Below are positions 1 to 10,512 of a DNA stretch of 33,552 nt, one piece after another. The translations under genes were made by a program, and so were the position numbers. The notes below the pieces were generated by a model that saw only the letters and a list, made by a program, of their open reading frames with translations, had not been told where the DNA came from and did no database searches. The stretch is from the sequence record DRR378314_1358; one strand, written 5' to 3'. Numbering within the stretch: the stretch's first letter is position 1; each line of letters starts with the position of its first letter.

Positions 1-34
<34 letters not shown>

Positions 35-35
35 T

Positions 36-1076
36 CTAGCCTTTGTTCGCCAGCTGTCCACAAGCGGCATCAATGTCCTTACCACGGGACCTGCGAACGG
101 TTACGGTTATGCCATTGCGTTCCAAGGTGTTTTGGTACATTTCGACAGCTTTGTTGGAAGCCTGCTGAAACTCACCGTCATCAATGGGATTGTACTCGAT
201 GATATTCACTTTTGACGGCGCAAACTTGCAAAACTTGACCAAGGCATCGACAGCTTCTTGAGTGTCGTTAATTCCTTTCCAAACCACATATTCGTAGGTA
301 ATTCTGTTCTTGGTTTTGTTGTACCAATATTCCAAAGCTTCCCTCAAGTCTTTCAAAGGAAAGGTGGAATTAAAGGGCATTATGGACGTACGCACCTCAT
401 CAATGGCAGAGTGTAAAGAAACGGCCAAACCGAACTTCACTTCTTCATCCGCCATTTTTTTAATGATTTTGGGCACTCCCGAAGTGGAAACTATAATCCT
501 TTTGGGTGACATTCCCAATCCTTCCGGTGAAGTAATCTTTTCGATGGCCTTCAATACATTGTTGTAGTTCATCAAAGGTTCGCCCATACCCATAAAAACG
601 ATATTGCTCAGTGGTCGATCAAAATATAATCGGCTTTCATTGTCTATGGCCACTACTTGATCATAAATCTCATCCGGATTCAAGTTTCGCATACGCTTCA
701 AACGGGCCGTTGCACAAAACCTACAATCCAAACTACATCCCACTTGACTGGATACACAGGCGGTGGTGCGGGTGTCGGTTGGAATCAAAACGGATTCGAC
801 AATCAAACCATCATGCAGACGCACCGCATTTTTAATGGTGCCATCTGCACTGCGCTGTATTTGGTCCACCCGAATATGGTTGATAACAAAATGGTCCTCC
901 AACATTTTTCGGGTTTCCTTGGAGATATTGGTCATCGCATCAAAATCGTGGGCAGATTTCTGCCACAACCATTCGTACACTTGATTGCCACGAAATGCCT
1001 TATCGCCCTGATCCACAAAAAATTGTCGAAGCTGCTCTTTGGTTAATGCCCGTATGTCCTTTTTTCTGATTTCCAT
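36..1076 (-). CDS. rlmN: 23S rRNA/tRNA m2A methyltransferase RlmN (radical SAM)
   Basis: CVSSQVGCSLDCRFC radical SAM motif, MGMGEP, C-terminal DIDAACGQL; ATG at 1076 (GTG at 1079 also possible). Confidence 0.97.
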   Translation of the reverse strand: MEIRKKDIRALTKEQLRQFFVDQGDKAFRGNQVYEWLWQKSAHDFDAMTNISKETRKMLEDHFVINHIRVDQIQRSADGTIKNAVRLHDGLIVESVLIPTDTRTTACVSSQVGCSLDCRFCATARLKRMRNLNPDEIYDQVVAIDNESRLYFDRPLSNIVFMGMGEPLMNYNNVLKAIEKITSPEGLGMSPKRIIVSTSGVPKIIKKMADEEVKFGLAVSLHSAIDEVRTSIMPFNSTFPLKDLREALEYWYNKTKNRITYEYVVWKGINDTQEAVDALVKFCKFAPSKVNIIEYNPIDDGEFQQASNKAVEMYQNTLERNGITVTVRRSRGKDIDAACGQLANKG

Positions 1077-1094
1077 CACTTAAAGATAAGCAAG

Positions 1095-1129
1095 AAAAAA
1101 TCCCGTTGGCCATAAGGCGAACGGGATTT
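1095..1129 (-). terminator. Intrinsic terminator downstream of queA
   Basis: Minus strand AAATCCCGTT-CGCCTTATGGCC-AACGGGATTTTTT: stem followed by U-run. Confidence 0.75.
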
Positions 1130-1172
1130 ATTTATGAATTAGATACCTGTTGTACTTATAATCCCTTTCCGA

Positions 1173-1253
1173 GTCATTCGGAATTTATTTCGGAATCCCA
1201 TAAAGATTAATCCGAACCTACCATATGAGAAGCTGAAACGAGTTCAGGTTGAC
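1173..1253. repeat. GTCA-tagged inverted palindromic doublet (REP/REPIN-like, family B)
   Basis: Left arm GTCA-TTC-GGAATTTATTTCG-GAA-TCCCATA; right arm reverse complement GTCA-ACC-TGAACTCGTTTCA-GCT-TCTCATA. Confidence 0.7.
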
Positions 1254-1288
1254 GAAAGTTTTGTTTATGATAAATCTAGCTAATCAAT

Positions 1289-2338
1289 TTACAGAATCAA
1301 CATTGCGTCCCCGTAGGAATAAAAGCGATAGCCTTCCAAAATGGCCTGCTTGTACGCTTTTTTGATAAGGTCGTGACCCGCGAATGCAGAGACCATCATC
1401 AACAAAGTTGATTTTGGCAAATGGAAGTTTGTGATCATACAGTTCGCAATACTGAACTCGTATGGAGGGAAGATGAACTTGTTGGTCCAACCCTCGTGGG
1501 TATTCAAGGTATGCTCGGAAGATACTGCGCTTTCCAATCCTCTCATTACCGTTGTTCCCACCGCGCAAACTTTTCTTTTGTTCGCTTTAGCGTTGTTTAC
1601 GATTTCTGTTGCTTTTTCATCGATCACCAATTCCTCACTGTCCATTTTATGTTTGGACAGATCCTCAACCTCCACAGGGTTAAAGGTTCCCAAACCAACG
1701 TGCAAGGTTACTTCGGCAAATTCGATTCCCTTGATCTCCAAACGCTTCAATAAGTGCTTGGAAAAATGCAAACCTGCTGTTGGGGCAGCCACGGCACCTT
1801 CATGCTTTGCATAAATGGTTTGGTAACGTTCCTCATCATCAGGAGTAACTTCCCTTTTAATGTATTTTGGAAGCGGGGTCTCCCCTAGTTCTCTTAGTTT
1901 TCTTCTAAAATCAGTGTAAGAACCATCATAAAGGAAACGCAATGTTCTTCCCCTTGATGTGGTATTGTCGATCACTTCGGCCACCAAACTCTCGTCCTCA
2001 CCAAAGTAAAGTTTGTTTCCGATACGTATTTTTCTTGCTGGATCTACCAATACGTCCCAAAGACGCTGCTCTTGGTTAAGCTCACGCAACAAAAAAACTT
2101 CGATTCTAGCCCCTGTTTTTTCCTTATTACCAAAAAGTCTGGCAGGAAATACCTTGGTATTGTTCAAGACCATCACATCGTCTTCCTCAAAATAATCAAC
2201 TAGGTCTTTGAACATTTTATGTTCAATTTTTCCTGTATCCCTATGAACCACCATTAATTTGGATTCGTCCCTGTGTTCCGCAGGATATTCTGCCAATAGT
2301 TCTTTTGGCAATTCAAAATTGAAGTTCGATAATTTCAT
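1289..2338 (-). CDS. queA: S-adenosylmethionine:tRNA ribosyltransferase-isomerase QueA
   Basis: [12 protein letters not shown]-terminus, [39 protein letters not shown]; start moved to ATG 2338, downstream of the promoter. Confidence 0.97.
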   Translation of the reverse strand: MKLSNFNFELPKELLAEYPAEHRDESKLMVVHRDTGKIEHKMFKDLVDYFEEDDVMVLNNTKVFPARLFGNKEKTGARIEVFLLRELNQEQRLWDVLVDPARKIRIGNKLYFGEDESLVAEVIDNTTSRGRTLRFLYDGSYTDFRRKLRELGETPLPKYIKREVTPDDEERYQTIYAKHEGAVAAPTAGLHFSKHLLKRLEIKGIEFAEVTLHVGLGTFNPVEVEDLSKHKMDSEELVIDEKATEIVNNAKANKRKVCAVGTTVMRGLESAVSSEHTLNTHEGWTNKFIFPPYEFSIANCMITNFHLPKSTLLMMVSAFAGHDLIKKAYKQAILEGYRFYSYGDAMLIL

Positions 2339-2369
2339 GTGGATTTTTTTCGATATTTTTAAAGAATGG

Positions 2370-2401
2370 CAAATATACAACCTCGGGATAGCGGATGTCA
2401 A
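2370..2401 (-). promoter_or_regulatory. Bacteroidota housekeeping promoter for queA
   Basis: TTG-N21-TATATTTG, matching -33/-7 TAnnTTTG consensus. Confidence 0.7.
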
Positions 2402-2424
2402 GTAATTTGATGATTAAATGTGAT

Positions 2425-3654
2425 TTACAGTTCCACGATTCCGAAACCAAGGGTTTTCAGGTCGTTCCAAAAATCGGGGTAGGATTTGGAAACCACCTCT
2501 GCGTCATTGACCACAAAGTCTACTTTTAGAGCCAAAGGTCCAAAGGCCATTGCCATTCGGTGATCGTTGTAGGTATCGACTGCGACTTCGCCTTTAAGGT
2601 TTGAATGCGGTTGCAAGGTTAAACTTTCGGAATCAATATCCACCGTAGCTCCAAATTTGCCCAACTCGGTCTGCAATGCGGCCAAACGATCGGTTTCCTT
2701 TATCGGCAAGGTATGCAAGCCGGTAAGATGACATCCAACGCCCAAACCTAGACATGTAACTGCAATGGTCTGCGCAATATCTGGAGCATTGGAAAGGTCG
2801 TACTTCAAATATTCCGATTTGACTTCAGTTGTTTTTTTAAGAAGAATGGTATTTTTAGAAAACGTAGTTTCCACTCCAAAATCGTTATAGATTTTGGCCA
2901 AAATGCTATCGCCCTGCAAAGAACTTTGTTTGTACGAAGACAATTGAATCTCCGTGCCCACTTCGCACATGGCCACAATACTATAAAAATAACTGGCCGA
3001 ACTCCAATCGGATTCCACGACCAAAGTGGTATCGGCCACAGCTTGTTTTGGTGCTATGCTAATTTTGTTGCCTTCAAAGCTTGTTTGCACTCCGATTTGT
3101 TCCAAGAGCGCCAAGGTCATTTTTATGTAGGGGATGGAGGTTATTTTACCGATAAGTTCCAGCTCCAAACCATTTTCCAAACTGGGAGCAATCAATAGCA
3201 GAGCCGAAATATATTGACTGCTGATATTGGCTGGAAGCGAGACTTGACTTTTTTCCAACTTTTTCCCAGTGATTCTAAGCGGTGGGTATCCTGCTGTTTT
3301 TTCATATTGAATATCGGCACCTAGCGATTGAAGTGCTTTTACCAACACCTTAATCGGACGTTCCTGCATGCGCTGTGAGCCAGTCAACACCACTCTTTTT
3401 CCTTCTTGCGAAGCAAAATAGGCCGTTAAAAATCGCATGGCCGTGCCTGCATGATGAATGTCCACCACTCCAGTAGATTTGGTCAATCCCTTTTGCATTA
3501 CTTCGCCATCATCGGAATTGGAAAGGTTCTCTATTTTAATGTTCGGGAAAAGGGCCTGCAATAAAAGTGAACGATTGGTCTCGCTCTTGGAACCTGTTAT
3601 TGCAATACTTTTTCGAATTTTACTATCGCTGGGTGAAGTAAGCTGGAGTCTCAA
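2425..3654 (-). CDS. aroA: 3-phosphoshikimate 1-carboxyvinyltransferase (EPSP synthase)
   Basis: GSKSETNR, AGTAMRF, SSQYISALL, KETDRL, DHRMAM; TTG start at 3654 preferred because the ORF-track start 3681 lies inside the -7 box. Confidence 0.96.
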   Translation of the reverse strand: MRLQLTSPSDSKIRKSIAITGSKSETNRSLLLQALFPNIKIENLSNSDDGEVMQKGLTKSTGVVDIHHAGTAMRFLTAYFASQEGKRVVLTGSQRMQERPIKVLVKALQSLGADIQYEKTAGYPPLRITGKKLEKSQVSLPANISSQYISALLLIAPSLENGLELELIGKITSIPYIKMTLALLEQIGVQTSFEGNKISIAPKQAVADTTLVVESDWSSASYFYSIVAMCEVGTEIQLSSYKQSSLQGDSILAKIYNDFGVETTFSKNTILLKKTTEVKSEYLKYDLSNAPDIAQTIAVTCLGLGVGCHLTGLHTLPIKETDRLAALQTELGKFGATVDIDSESLTLQPHSNLKGEVAVDTYNDHRMAMAFGPLALKVDFVVNDAEVVSKSYPDFWNDLKTLGFGIVEL

Positions 3655-3678
3655 TGCCGTACTGTTTGAATGAATTGT

Positions 3679-3686
3679 CAAAACTA
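3679..3686 (-). promoter_or_regulatory. -7 promoter box for aroA
   Basis: TAGTTTTG, perfect TAnnTTTG, 24 nt upstream of the TTG start. Confidence 0.6.
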
Positions 3687-3723
3687 GAAAAAACAGCCCT
3701 AATGTCCCTTTAAGCAGGCAACT

Positions 3724-4050
3724 TTATTTGAGCTTTTTGTTATTTTGATGACGGTCGTGATCTCGTTTGGTCTTAATATCCAATTTTTTATCAAAAGCTT
3801 CCTGTAAATCTATCCCCGTTTGGTTGGCCAAACAGAGTACCACAAAAACAACATCGGCTAGTTCTTCGCCCAAATCCTTGGTCTTGTCGGACTCCTTTTC
3901 ACTCTGTTCCCCGTAGCGCCTTGCAATAATGCGGGCCACCTCACCTACCTCTTCGGTAAGCTGGGCCATATTAGTAAGTTCGTTAAAGTAGCGGACCCCG
4001 TGATTTTTAATCCATTCGTCAACGGCTTGTTGTGCGTTTTCTATGTTCAC
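3724..4050 (-). CDS. MazG-like nucleotide pyrophosphohydrolase (YpjD type)
   Basis: LTEEVGEVAR...LGEELADV EEXXE/EXXD motifs; GTG start at 4050. Confidence 0.9.
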   Translation of the reverse strand: MNIENAQQAVDEWIKNHGVRYFNELTNMAQLTEEVGEVARIIARRYGEQSEKESDKTKDLGEELADVVFVVLCLANQTGIDLQEAFDKKLDIKTKRDHDRHQNNKKLK

Positions 4051-4094
4051 CTTGCAAGTATTAAAATTTAGATACAAATGTAAGGACAACTTGC

Positions 4095-6056
4095 CTATTC
4101 CTTTTCCAGAACCAGATAAGTTTGGTTTTGGGTGGCTACGGCATTTCCAAAAAACTCTTTCACAAAATGATAACCCTCGCTAGAGTACTGTGGAAACTTA
4201 AGTTGGAATGAAAAAACCACCATAACATCGCCTTGCATTTCGCTGGTATTGAAACGCATTACCCCGCTTCCATCGGGCAGTCCTAAATTTATGGGCTCGG
4301 GCAATTCTTTGATTTTGTATCCTTCGGGTACTTCAATTTTGGCCATATAATTGAACTTTCTGAGGTAACCAAAATCAACGGGATAGTTTCTTGTTTCCGC
4401 TTTAAATGGATTGTCTTTGAAATAACGTATCAAAAATGGATTGAAGTAGATTGTTTCTGACGGTTCCAAGTCCTCCATTTCAAATGAAAAATGTTCCACC
4501 AAACTTTTTTCGTTCGATTGACCTTTCACAATTTCATAATCTTCAATGTAAAAGCCACCCGTATTATTTTTTTCCATCTCTTCCAAATACTCTTCTTCGG
4601 ACACTGATGCCAATTGGCTTCTTTTAAAATATGCATCGTACCCTTTGGAAACCTCATCGACTGTTCCTGTGGCCAAACCATTTTCCGGGTCCAACTTCAC
4701 CTGCAGCCTTATGGCCCTGCTATTTAATTTCTCCGGTATAATATCGTACCAATAGCTATCGCCATCCAAATCCATTACTCGACCGTAATAATTTAAGCAT
4801 CGATAAGGGAGCATACCAAAAGGCAATTGCTTGTCGGTGGCATCCAGTAGATATGTGGTTCCATCAATCTCCAATTTGGCCACTACATAATTAAAGTCTG
4901 ACATTACCGGGTGTGTCTTTTTGGGCAGTCCGTGCTTACGGGTCGACAAAACCATCAAATCTGTATCAATTCCGGAAGCATTCAGCAAATTGATCAATGT
5001 GATGTTTATTTCGGCAACATTGCCTACGCCTTCGTCAAATGCCTTTTTCACCTTATTATCCCTAAATATTCCAAACTTACCGTTCCACCTGTAATGGGAT
5101 TTAACAAAGTTATAGAGGTTTTTTGCCTTGGTAAGCTCGTCCTCCTTTCCAGAAATGATTTCCAAAGGAACATTCCGTTCAAAGTAATTTTTCTTTCGTA
5201 ATTGTCCCCCAATATCCCTATCGGTCCTAAACTCTTTGTCCACATCCTTCCAGGACTTGGTAAACTTTTGTGTAAGTCCATCGAACCCCTGATATTCAGA
5301 AAGTTCAAATTCCAATCGTGACCTATAATTGGAGGGTGCCAACATATATTCTTCATCAGCTTTAAAGGCAGGAACGTCCTTCATGACATACTTCAGCACT
5401 TCACAATCCGCTTGCTTTGATATTCCGGGAACACTAAAGCAATCCGGCTTTAGAGAAGCTTCGTTCACATCCAAAGGAAACTCCCCCAACAAGGTTCTAT
5501 TGTACTGGTAATTTCCTGGAATCTCGGCATTGTACTCCGTGTATATTTTAGGAATATGTTCTTGAAACTCCCATCCGTTTAGATTGTAAAAAAATGGAGA
5601 TTGTATTTCATAGGCATACTCCAAAATCGACCCTTCCTGCACATTGGGAAAGGTGAATCTTTTTTCTGACCAACGTTCGTTGACCTCTACATCATAAATG
5701 GTGCTCTGGATGACATTGTACTTAAGCCCGTCTGTATGTGTTATACCTGCAATGTCATTTACTATTTCCGTTTGGCTCTCGGAATGATAATATGGAATGG
5801 TGATATCTGCTTCCGAAAACCCCTCCTTGTCCAATACTTTTATCCTGGCATGATACTTTGTGATCAGCCTAACATATCCTCGGCGCACCTCAAAGTAGTT
5901 TTCGCCCTTTTCATATAGGTAAACGGCATGGGCGGTGGTGTCCTTTTCATACGTTTTAAATTCCGACTCAAAAAGGGAAAGTTGTCCAAAGTGCACTTTT
6001 TGTCCGAAGACCAGAACACATTGGAGCAATACCAATATCGTTACTATTTTTTTCAT
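4095..6056 (-). CDS. Secreted DUF3857 / transglutaminase-like protein, catalytic Cys and His replaced
   Basis: Signal peptide (VFG|QK), FTFPNVQEGSILEYAY DUF3857 motif, GNVAEIN / FNYVVA / LLDATD. Confidence 0.85.
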   Translation of the reverse strand: MKKIVTILVLLQCVLVFGQKVHFGQLSLFESEFKTYEKDTTAHAVYLYEKGENYFEVRRGYVRLITKYHARIKVLDKEGFSEADITIPYYHSESQTEIVNDIAGITHTDGLKYNVIQSTIYDVEVNERWSEKRFTFPNVQEGSILEYAYEIQSPFFYNLNGWEFQEHIPKIYTEYNAEIPGNYQYNRTLLGEFPLDVNEASLKPDCFSVPGISKQADCEVLKYVMKDVPAFKADEEYMLAPSNYRSRLEFELSEYQGFDGLTQKFTKSWKDVDKEFRTDRDIGGQLRKKNYFERNVPLEIISGKEDELTKAKNLYNFVKSHYRWNGKFGIFRDNKVKKAFDEGVGNVAEINITLINLLNASGIDTDLMVLSTRKHGLPKKTHPVMSDFNYVVAKLEIDGTTYLLDATDKQLPFGMLPYRCLNYYGRVMDLDGDSYWYDIIPEKLNSRAIRLQVKLDPENGLATGTVDEVSKGYDAYFKRSQLASVSEEEYLEEMEKNNTGGFYIEDYEIVKGQSNEKSLVEHFSFEMEDLEPSETIYFNPFLIRYFKDNPFKAETRNYPVDFGYLRKFNYMAKIEVPEGYKIKELPEPINLGLPDGSGVMRFNTSEMQGDVMVVFSFQLKFPQYSSEGYHFVKEFFGNAVATQNQTYLVLEKE

Positions 6057-6066
6057 ATCCGACCCC

Positions 6067-8073
6067 CTATGATTTCGCCAGAATTATTTTTTCTGATTCC
6101 TTCTCAATGATGTGACGGTAAAACTCTTTGAGGTCGGCATAATAATGTGCCGGAATTATAGGACTGTTCAGTGCCGTTTCCACGCTTGCACTTATTACAT
6201 TATGAGTGGCCGAAATATTAAACCTAAACTGGCCTAGATTCTCTGGCAATGCGACGGCAATAGGCTCAGGAATGGATTCAACCGCATACCCTTCTGGAAT
6301 ATTGATGGATATGATATACTTGTCCTGCCATGGATAGCCATAATCGATTGGGTATTCCCTTTTCTCCATTTTAAAGGGATTTTCCCTTGTGGTCAGGTGA
6401 AATAAAGGAGATAGGTAGATTTTACCACCAATATTTTCATAACCCACCTCTTTTTCAAATTCATAAGATTGAACAACTGGCTTATAGAGGTCTTTGGCAT
6501 TCTTAAGGTCAAAGTTTGAAATTTCTAAATCAACATACTTTTTTTCCAATTCATCCAAATAGGAATCTTCGGACCCACTGGTATAGTTGTTTCTAAAAAC
6601 AAAGGCGTTGTTGGCTGTATATTGCTGCCTATACTTTCCCCTGATAGACCCATCTTCATTTAAATCAACAACCATCATAATTGCATCCAAAGATTTGGTT
6701 TTCGGCATTAGGTTTACCTGACTGGAACTACCATCGTCACGAATCAACCTACCAAACCAATTTAAAGCGCGCATTGGCAAAACATCCGGTAGAGCGTTTT
6801 TATCCGTGGCATCAAACAACATAAAATCATTTTGAGTTTGAAGCCCTGCGACCACATAGTTAAATCCATTCCTCGTTGGGAAAATTGGTATTCCATGTGA
6901 TCGGGTACTTACCAATACGGGATTTGCTTCAAGACCTGCATACCGGAACATCGCTGTAAGCATTAGATTGATTTCGGCAACATTCCCAACTCCTTCTTTA
7001 TAAGCTTTTCTAACACCTTGACTGCATCCTACGCCAGTATAACCATCCCAGTTCATTTTAGATTTTACATGTTGAAAAATAGCGATTGCCTTTTCCTTAT
7101 CTGTTGACAATCCTGATATCAGCTGATCTACCTCATCATCAAAATAGTTTTCCCTGTTCAATTCATTTCCAAAATCATCATAATCGTATATGGACTTTGC
7201 CACATCCTCCCAAGTCAAGCTATAATTTTTATAAGGGCTGTTGGGAAAACGTGTTGATGCCAATTCGAACTTCATAGATGCCCTAAAATTATCGATATTA
7301 CTGGTATACTTTTCATCTAGCAAAGCTGGAATGTTAGACACGCCAATATTGTATACGTTTTCAAAAAAATCCAAGGAACCCGTTTTATGCGTGCTCTTGG
7401 CAGACCATCCCGATCCATCCGAACTTCTATAGGTAACATGCAAAGATCTATTTTCTTTGGACTGTTTAACTGATATGGGTTGGGTGCCTCTACTATATTG
7501 TTTAAAGATAAAGTACTCAGGGATGTTCAACTGTGCCTCTGCCTGGTCCACTGGTATATCATATTGGAGCCTAAACTCATCAATATGCCAGAACATGGGT
7601 GAAGTTATCTTGTACTCAATATCCAAAACACTGCCCTCCCGCACCTCTGGCATTGTAATGGATGCTTTGTTCCTGTATTTATTTACTTCCTCGATAAAAA
7701 CACCGTCCTTTTTAAGTTTTTGACTGACCACCTTCCCATTTTCCAGGTTAAATGTGTATCCTTTTACCGAACCAATGTCTTCTCTATCGCTACTGGAAAC
7801 ATATAGTGGTACTTGTAGGGTTGCCCAATCAAAGCCCTCTTTGTTATATATTTTGATGCGAAAGTGTACTTCCCGTATTTGTGACCAACCGGTTTCGGAT
7901 TGATAATTATATCTAACCCATTCTTTTTTATGAAGAATTGCCGCCTCGGCCTCTGGATAAGTGGCGTGCTGTTTGGCAGCTACCTCTTCCTTGGATACCT
8001 TTCCAAATTTAATCTCATTGGCGCTTGTTGCTTGCTGAACCAGCAAGAGCAGAAAAAACAGTCTTAATCTCAT
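6067..8073 (-). CDS. Secreted DUF3857 / transglutaminase-like protein, catalytic Cys and His replaced
   Basis: Signal peptide, TMPEVREGSVLDIEY, GNVAEIN / FNYVVA / LFDATD; clear paralogue of 4095-6056. Confidence 0.85.
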   Translation of the reverse strand: MRLRLFFLLLLVQQATSANEIKFGKVSKEEVAAKQHATYPEAEAAILHKKEWVRYNYQSETGWSQIREVHFRIKIYNKEGFDWATLQVPLYVSSSDREDIGSVKGYTFNLENGKVVSQKLKKDGVFIEEVNKYRNKASITMPEVREGSVLDIEYKITSPMFWHIDEFRLQYDIPVDQAEAQLNIPEYFIFKQYSRGTQPISVKQSKENRSLHVTYRSSDGSGWSAKSTHKTGSLDFFENVYNIGVSNIPALLDEKYTSNIDNFRASMKFELASTRFPNSPYKNYSLTWEDVAKSIYDYDDFGNELNRENYFDDEVDQLISGLSTDKEKAIAIFQHVKSKMNWDGYTGVGCSQGVRKAYKEGVGNVAEINLMLTAMFRYAGLEANPVLVSTRSHGIPIFPTRNGFNYVVAGLQTQNDFMLFDATDKNALPDVLPMRALNWFGRLIRDDGSSSQVNLMPKTKSLDAIMMVVDLNEDGSIRGKYRQQYTANNAFVFRNNYTSGSEDSYLDELEKKYVDLEISNFDLKNAKDLYKPVVQSYEFEKEVGYENIGGKIYLSPLFHLTTRENPFKMEKREYPIDYGYPWQDKYIISINIPEGYAVESIPEPIAVALPENLGQFRFNISATHNVISASVETALNSPIIPAHYYADLKEFYRHIIEKESEKIILAKS

Positions 8074-9971
8074 GATTCTTTTTTATTTAAAACGATTTTG
8101 GTATTGTCATATCGGGCAACTTTTTTTCTAAAGTCACGATAGAGTTTGTAATCTTCTTTGGAGTATTCCCCAGACTTGATCAGCAGTTTTCTTTTGTACA
8201 AGATCACTCCAGGTTCCTTTGGCTCTATCGAAACTATGTAGGAACCAAATTTAGTCTCTTCCTTAACCGGCATCATTAAAGTTTCCTGAGTGTATCCTTC
8301 GGGAAGATGAATAACAAACTCATCTTCATCTAAATAACCGCGCTTGATTACCAAGGGTCTTTTTCTGTTTCGGCACCTGTCCGGCACGCCCAAATTGCGA
8401 TTGGATATGTTGGGAGCCAGCAATAGTTTATCCCCTGCGCTGGTCAAATAATTTTTCACACTTAGCTCAACCTCTTCTAAAAATTCGATGTTATTGATGT
8501 CATTTTGATACTTGACTTGGTCCAAGGATAGATTTTGCACATAATTCCAATACGATTTATAGAACTTTTCCCGTTCCGACTTTGTGTCACTGGTCCTCCA
8601 ATATTTTTGATCGTATTGTGATCCTTTGGAAAGAATTTTCACTTTCCCCTTGACGCTCTTGTCTTCTGAAATTTTGAATTCTGCTTGGGTGAATTGATAA
8701 TTATCATCATCGGAATAGGCCTTTGTCCTCACCAATTCCCCACCTTGAGGGGTAACTTTCAAAACATTTCTGTTGTCGGTAAACGTACCTAGGTGATTGA
8801 CGGGTGTTTTTTGACTGGTACATTCCAACCAAACCTCCTCTTCCTCCAGCGGCACATTTAAAAAAACATGGTTGCCTTGCATGGACGGAAAGTCTTCATC
8901 AAAACTTTTCATTTGACCACCTGCATGCACAACGGTGTAGTAAGATTGGACCCCAACGGCACTCAACAGTGCCTTTGTATAATTGGTAAGTCCTTTACAA
9001 TCGCCATATTTTACACGGTCAACATCCAATGCGCTTATGGGCATCCATCCACCAATACCCAATTGTACACTTATGTATCGGGTATTTTCTTGAACATACT
9101 GGTAGACTATCCTTGTTTTTTCCAAGGGATCGGATACTCCTTTCACTAAATTTTTAACGTATTGAACGGTGCCATCATCCAACTCATCCCTTCCTTCAAG
9201 AAGTTCATCGTTCATCCATTTACCAAGTTCTTCCCACGATGTGGCTTTGCCATCAACTCCTTCGAGATGGAACTCGTCCAGTGCAATTTTTACTTGGGGC
9301 GCAAAATCTCGAAACGCAGGAGATAGCGGTTCACGCTCCAAAGCTTTTAAATTTTTGGCTTTATAGATGATACCGTTTGCAGTTTCCGTAATTTCTATTT
9401 CATAAGGTCCAAAATTCTGTTCCTTGTGCCTAAAAGGTATACCACATTCTACGGTAAAAGAGAACTCGCTTTTTTCTGTACCGACCCTATAATCATCCAA
9501 AAACATCCAATTAGGGGCAAATGCCGTGTTTGGAGTGGAATATTCCTTTGTGAATTCCACCGTATATGGATATTGTGTAGGGGTATATCTCAAGACCAAA
9601 ACACGTGAATCTGAATAAAGTGTGCCTCCACTAATGGCACTTTGATCTATGAAATCCCTTTTCTTTATTTTTTTGATTTCTTCTCCCTGCGCATTATAAA
9701 TAATAGCTTCAAGATCGGATACTTTATCATTTTTGTCATAATAAGCATAGGCTAGCACATGCTCATTCCCATCTTCGTTGAACACAGTGACAACTCTTTT
9801 GCTGTTCACTTCCATTTGGTCCCTGGATTCTATGATAACATCCATTTTATCCAAACGCACAATGGCATCTGCATTCTGTCGAACTTCCTTCGGAATGGTG
9901 TTTACATTATAGTTTTGAGAAAATGAAAAATGAAAGAGGAAATTAAGTAGGAAAAAGAAATAGAATCGCAT
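8070..9971 (-). CDS. Secreted DUF3857 / transglutaminase-like protein with intact Cys-His
   Basis: Signal peptide (SFS|QN), TRYISVQLGIGGW, YGDCKG, GNHVFL, WLECTS; 4-bp ATGA overlap with next gene. Confidence 0.87.
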   Translation of the reverse strand: MRFYFFFLLNFLFHFSFSQNYNVNTIPKEVRQNADAIVRLDKMDVIIESRDQMEVNSKRVVTVFNEDGNEHVLAYAYYDKNDKVSDLEAIIYNAQGEEIKKIKKRDFIDQSAISGGTLYSDSRVLVLRYTPTQYPYTVEFTKEYSTPNTAFAPNWMFLDDYRVGTEKSEFSFTVECGIPFRHKEQNFGPYEIEITETANGIIYKAKNLKALEREPLSPAFRDFAPQVKIALDEFHLEGVDGKATSWEELGKWMNDELLEGRDELDDGTVQYVKNLVKGVSDPLEKTRIVYQYVQENTRYISVQLGIGGWMPISALDVDRVKYGDCKGLTNYTKALLSAVGVQSYYTVVHAGGQMKSFDEDFPSMQGNHVFLNVPLEEEEVWLECTSQKTPVNHLGTFTDNRNVLKVTPQGGELVRTKAYSDDDNYQFTQAEFKISEDKSVKGKVKILSKGSQYDQKYWRTSDTKSEREKFYKSYWNYVQNLSLDQVKYQNDINNIEFLEEVELSVKNYLTSAGDKLLLAPNISNRNLGVPDRCRNRKRPLVIKRGYLDEDEFVIHLPEGYTQETLMMPVKEETKFGSYIVSIEPKEPGVILYKRKLLIKSGEYSKEDYKLYRDFRKKVARYDNTKIVLNKKES

Positions 9972-10053
9972 TCGTATAAAGGAAATGGTTAGTTTGGGAC
10001 CGGAAAAGTCTTTAATTTCCTACAATAAAGATAATTTTTTCGATAAAAAACAA

Positions 10054-10506
10054 TTATTCTTTGTTTTTTGTGTCTATGGATATGGTCACTGGACCATCAT
10101 TTAGGAGTTCCACTTTCATATCGGCACCAAAAACTCCCGTACCCACTTTTCTGCCCAATTTCCGTTCCAAAACCTGAACAAATTTCTCGTACATAGGTAC
10201 TGCAAAGTCCGGTTTTGCTGCCTTTATATAAGATGGGCGATTGCCTTTTTTTGTCTGTGCATGCAGCGTAAATTGACTGACCACAATAATATCTCCATTA
10301 ACGTCTTGAACCGAACAGTTCATCACATCGTTGTCATCATTGAAAATGCGAAGGTTCACAATTTTATTGGTCAGCCAATCAATATCCTCTTGAGTATCGG
10401 CATCTTCCACGCCCAATAGCACCAAAAGACCATTTTCAATGGAGGAAATGACTTTTCCATCTACCGTGACACTTGCTTTTGAAACTCGCTGTAATACTGT
10501 TCTCAT
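10054..10506 (-). CDS. dtd: D-aminoacyl-tRNA deacylase
   Basis: QRVSKASV, VSQFTL, KGNRPS, NDGPVT. Confidence 0.97.
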   Translation of the reverse strand: MRTVLQRVSKASVTVDGKVISSIENGLLVLLGVEDADTQEDIDWLTNKIVNLRIFNDDNDVMNCSVQDVNGDIIVVSQFTLHAQTKKGNRPSYIKAAKPDFAVPMYEKFVQVLERKLGRKVGTGVFGADMKVELLNDGPVTISIDTKNKE

Positions 10507-10512
10507 CTATTT

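Noticed and set aside
2571-2584. AGGTATCGACTGCG in aroA, identical to 14 nt of the repeat at 12936
   Set aside because: Encodes AVDT(Y) leading into the conserved DHRMAM motif; lacks the second arm and the TGAC tag, so likely coincidence
3724-4050. MazG as part of an anti-phage or toxin-antitoxin system
   Set aside because: Single-domain housekeeping type among core genes, with no toxin or defence partner
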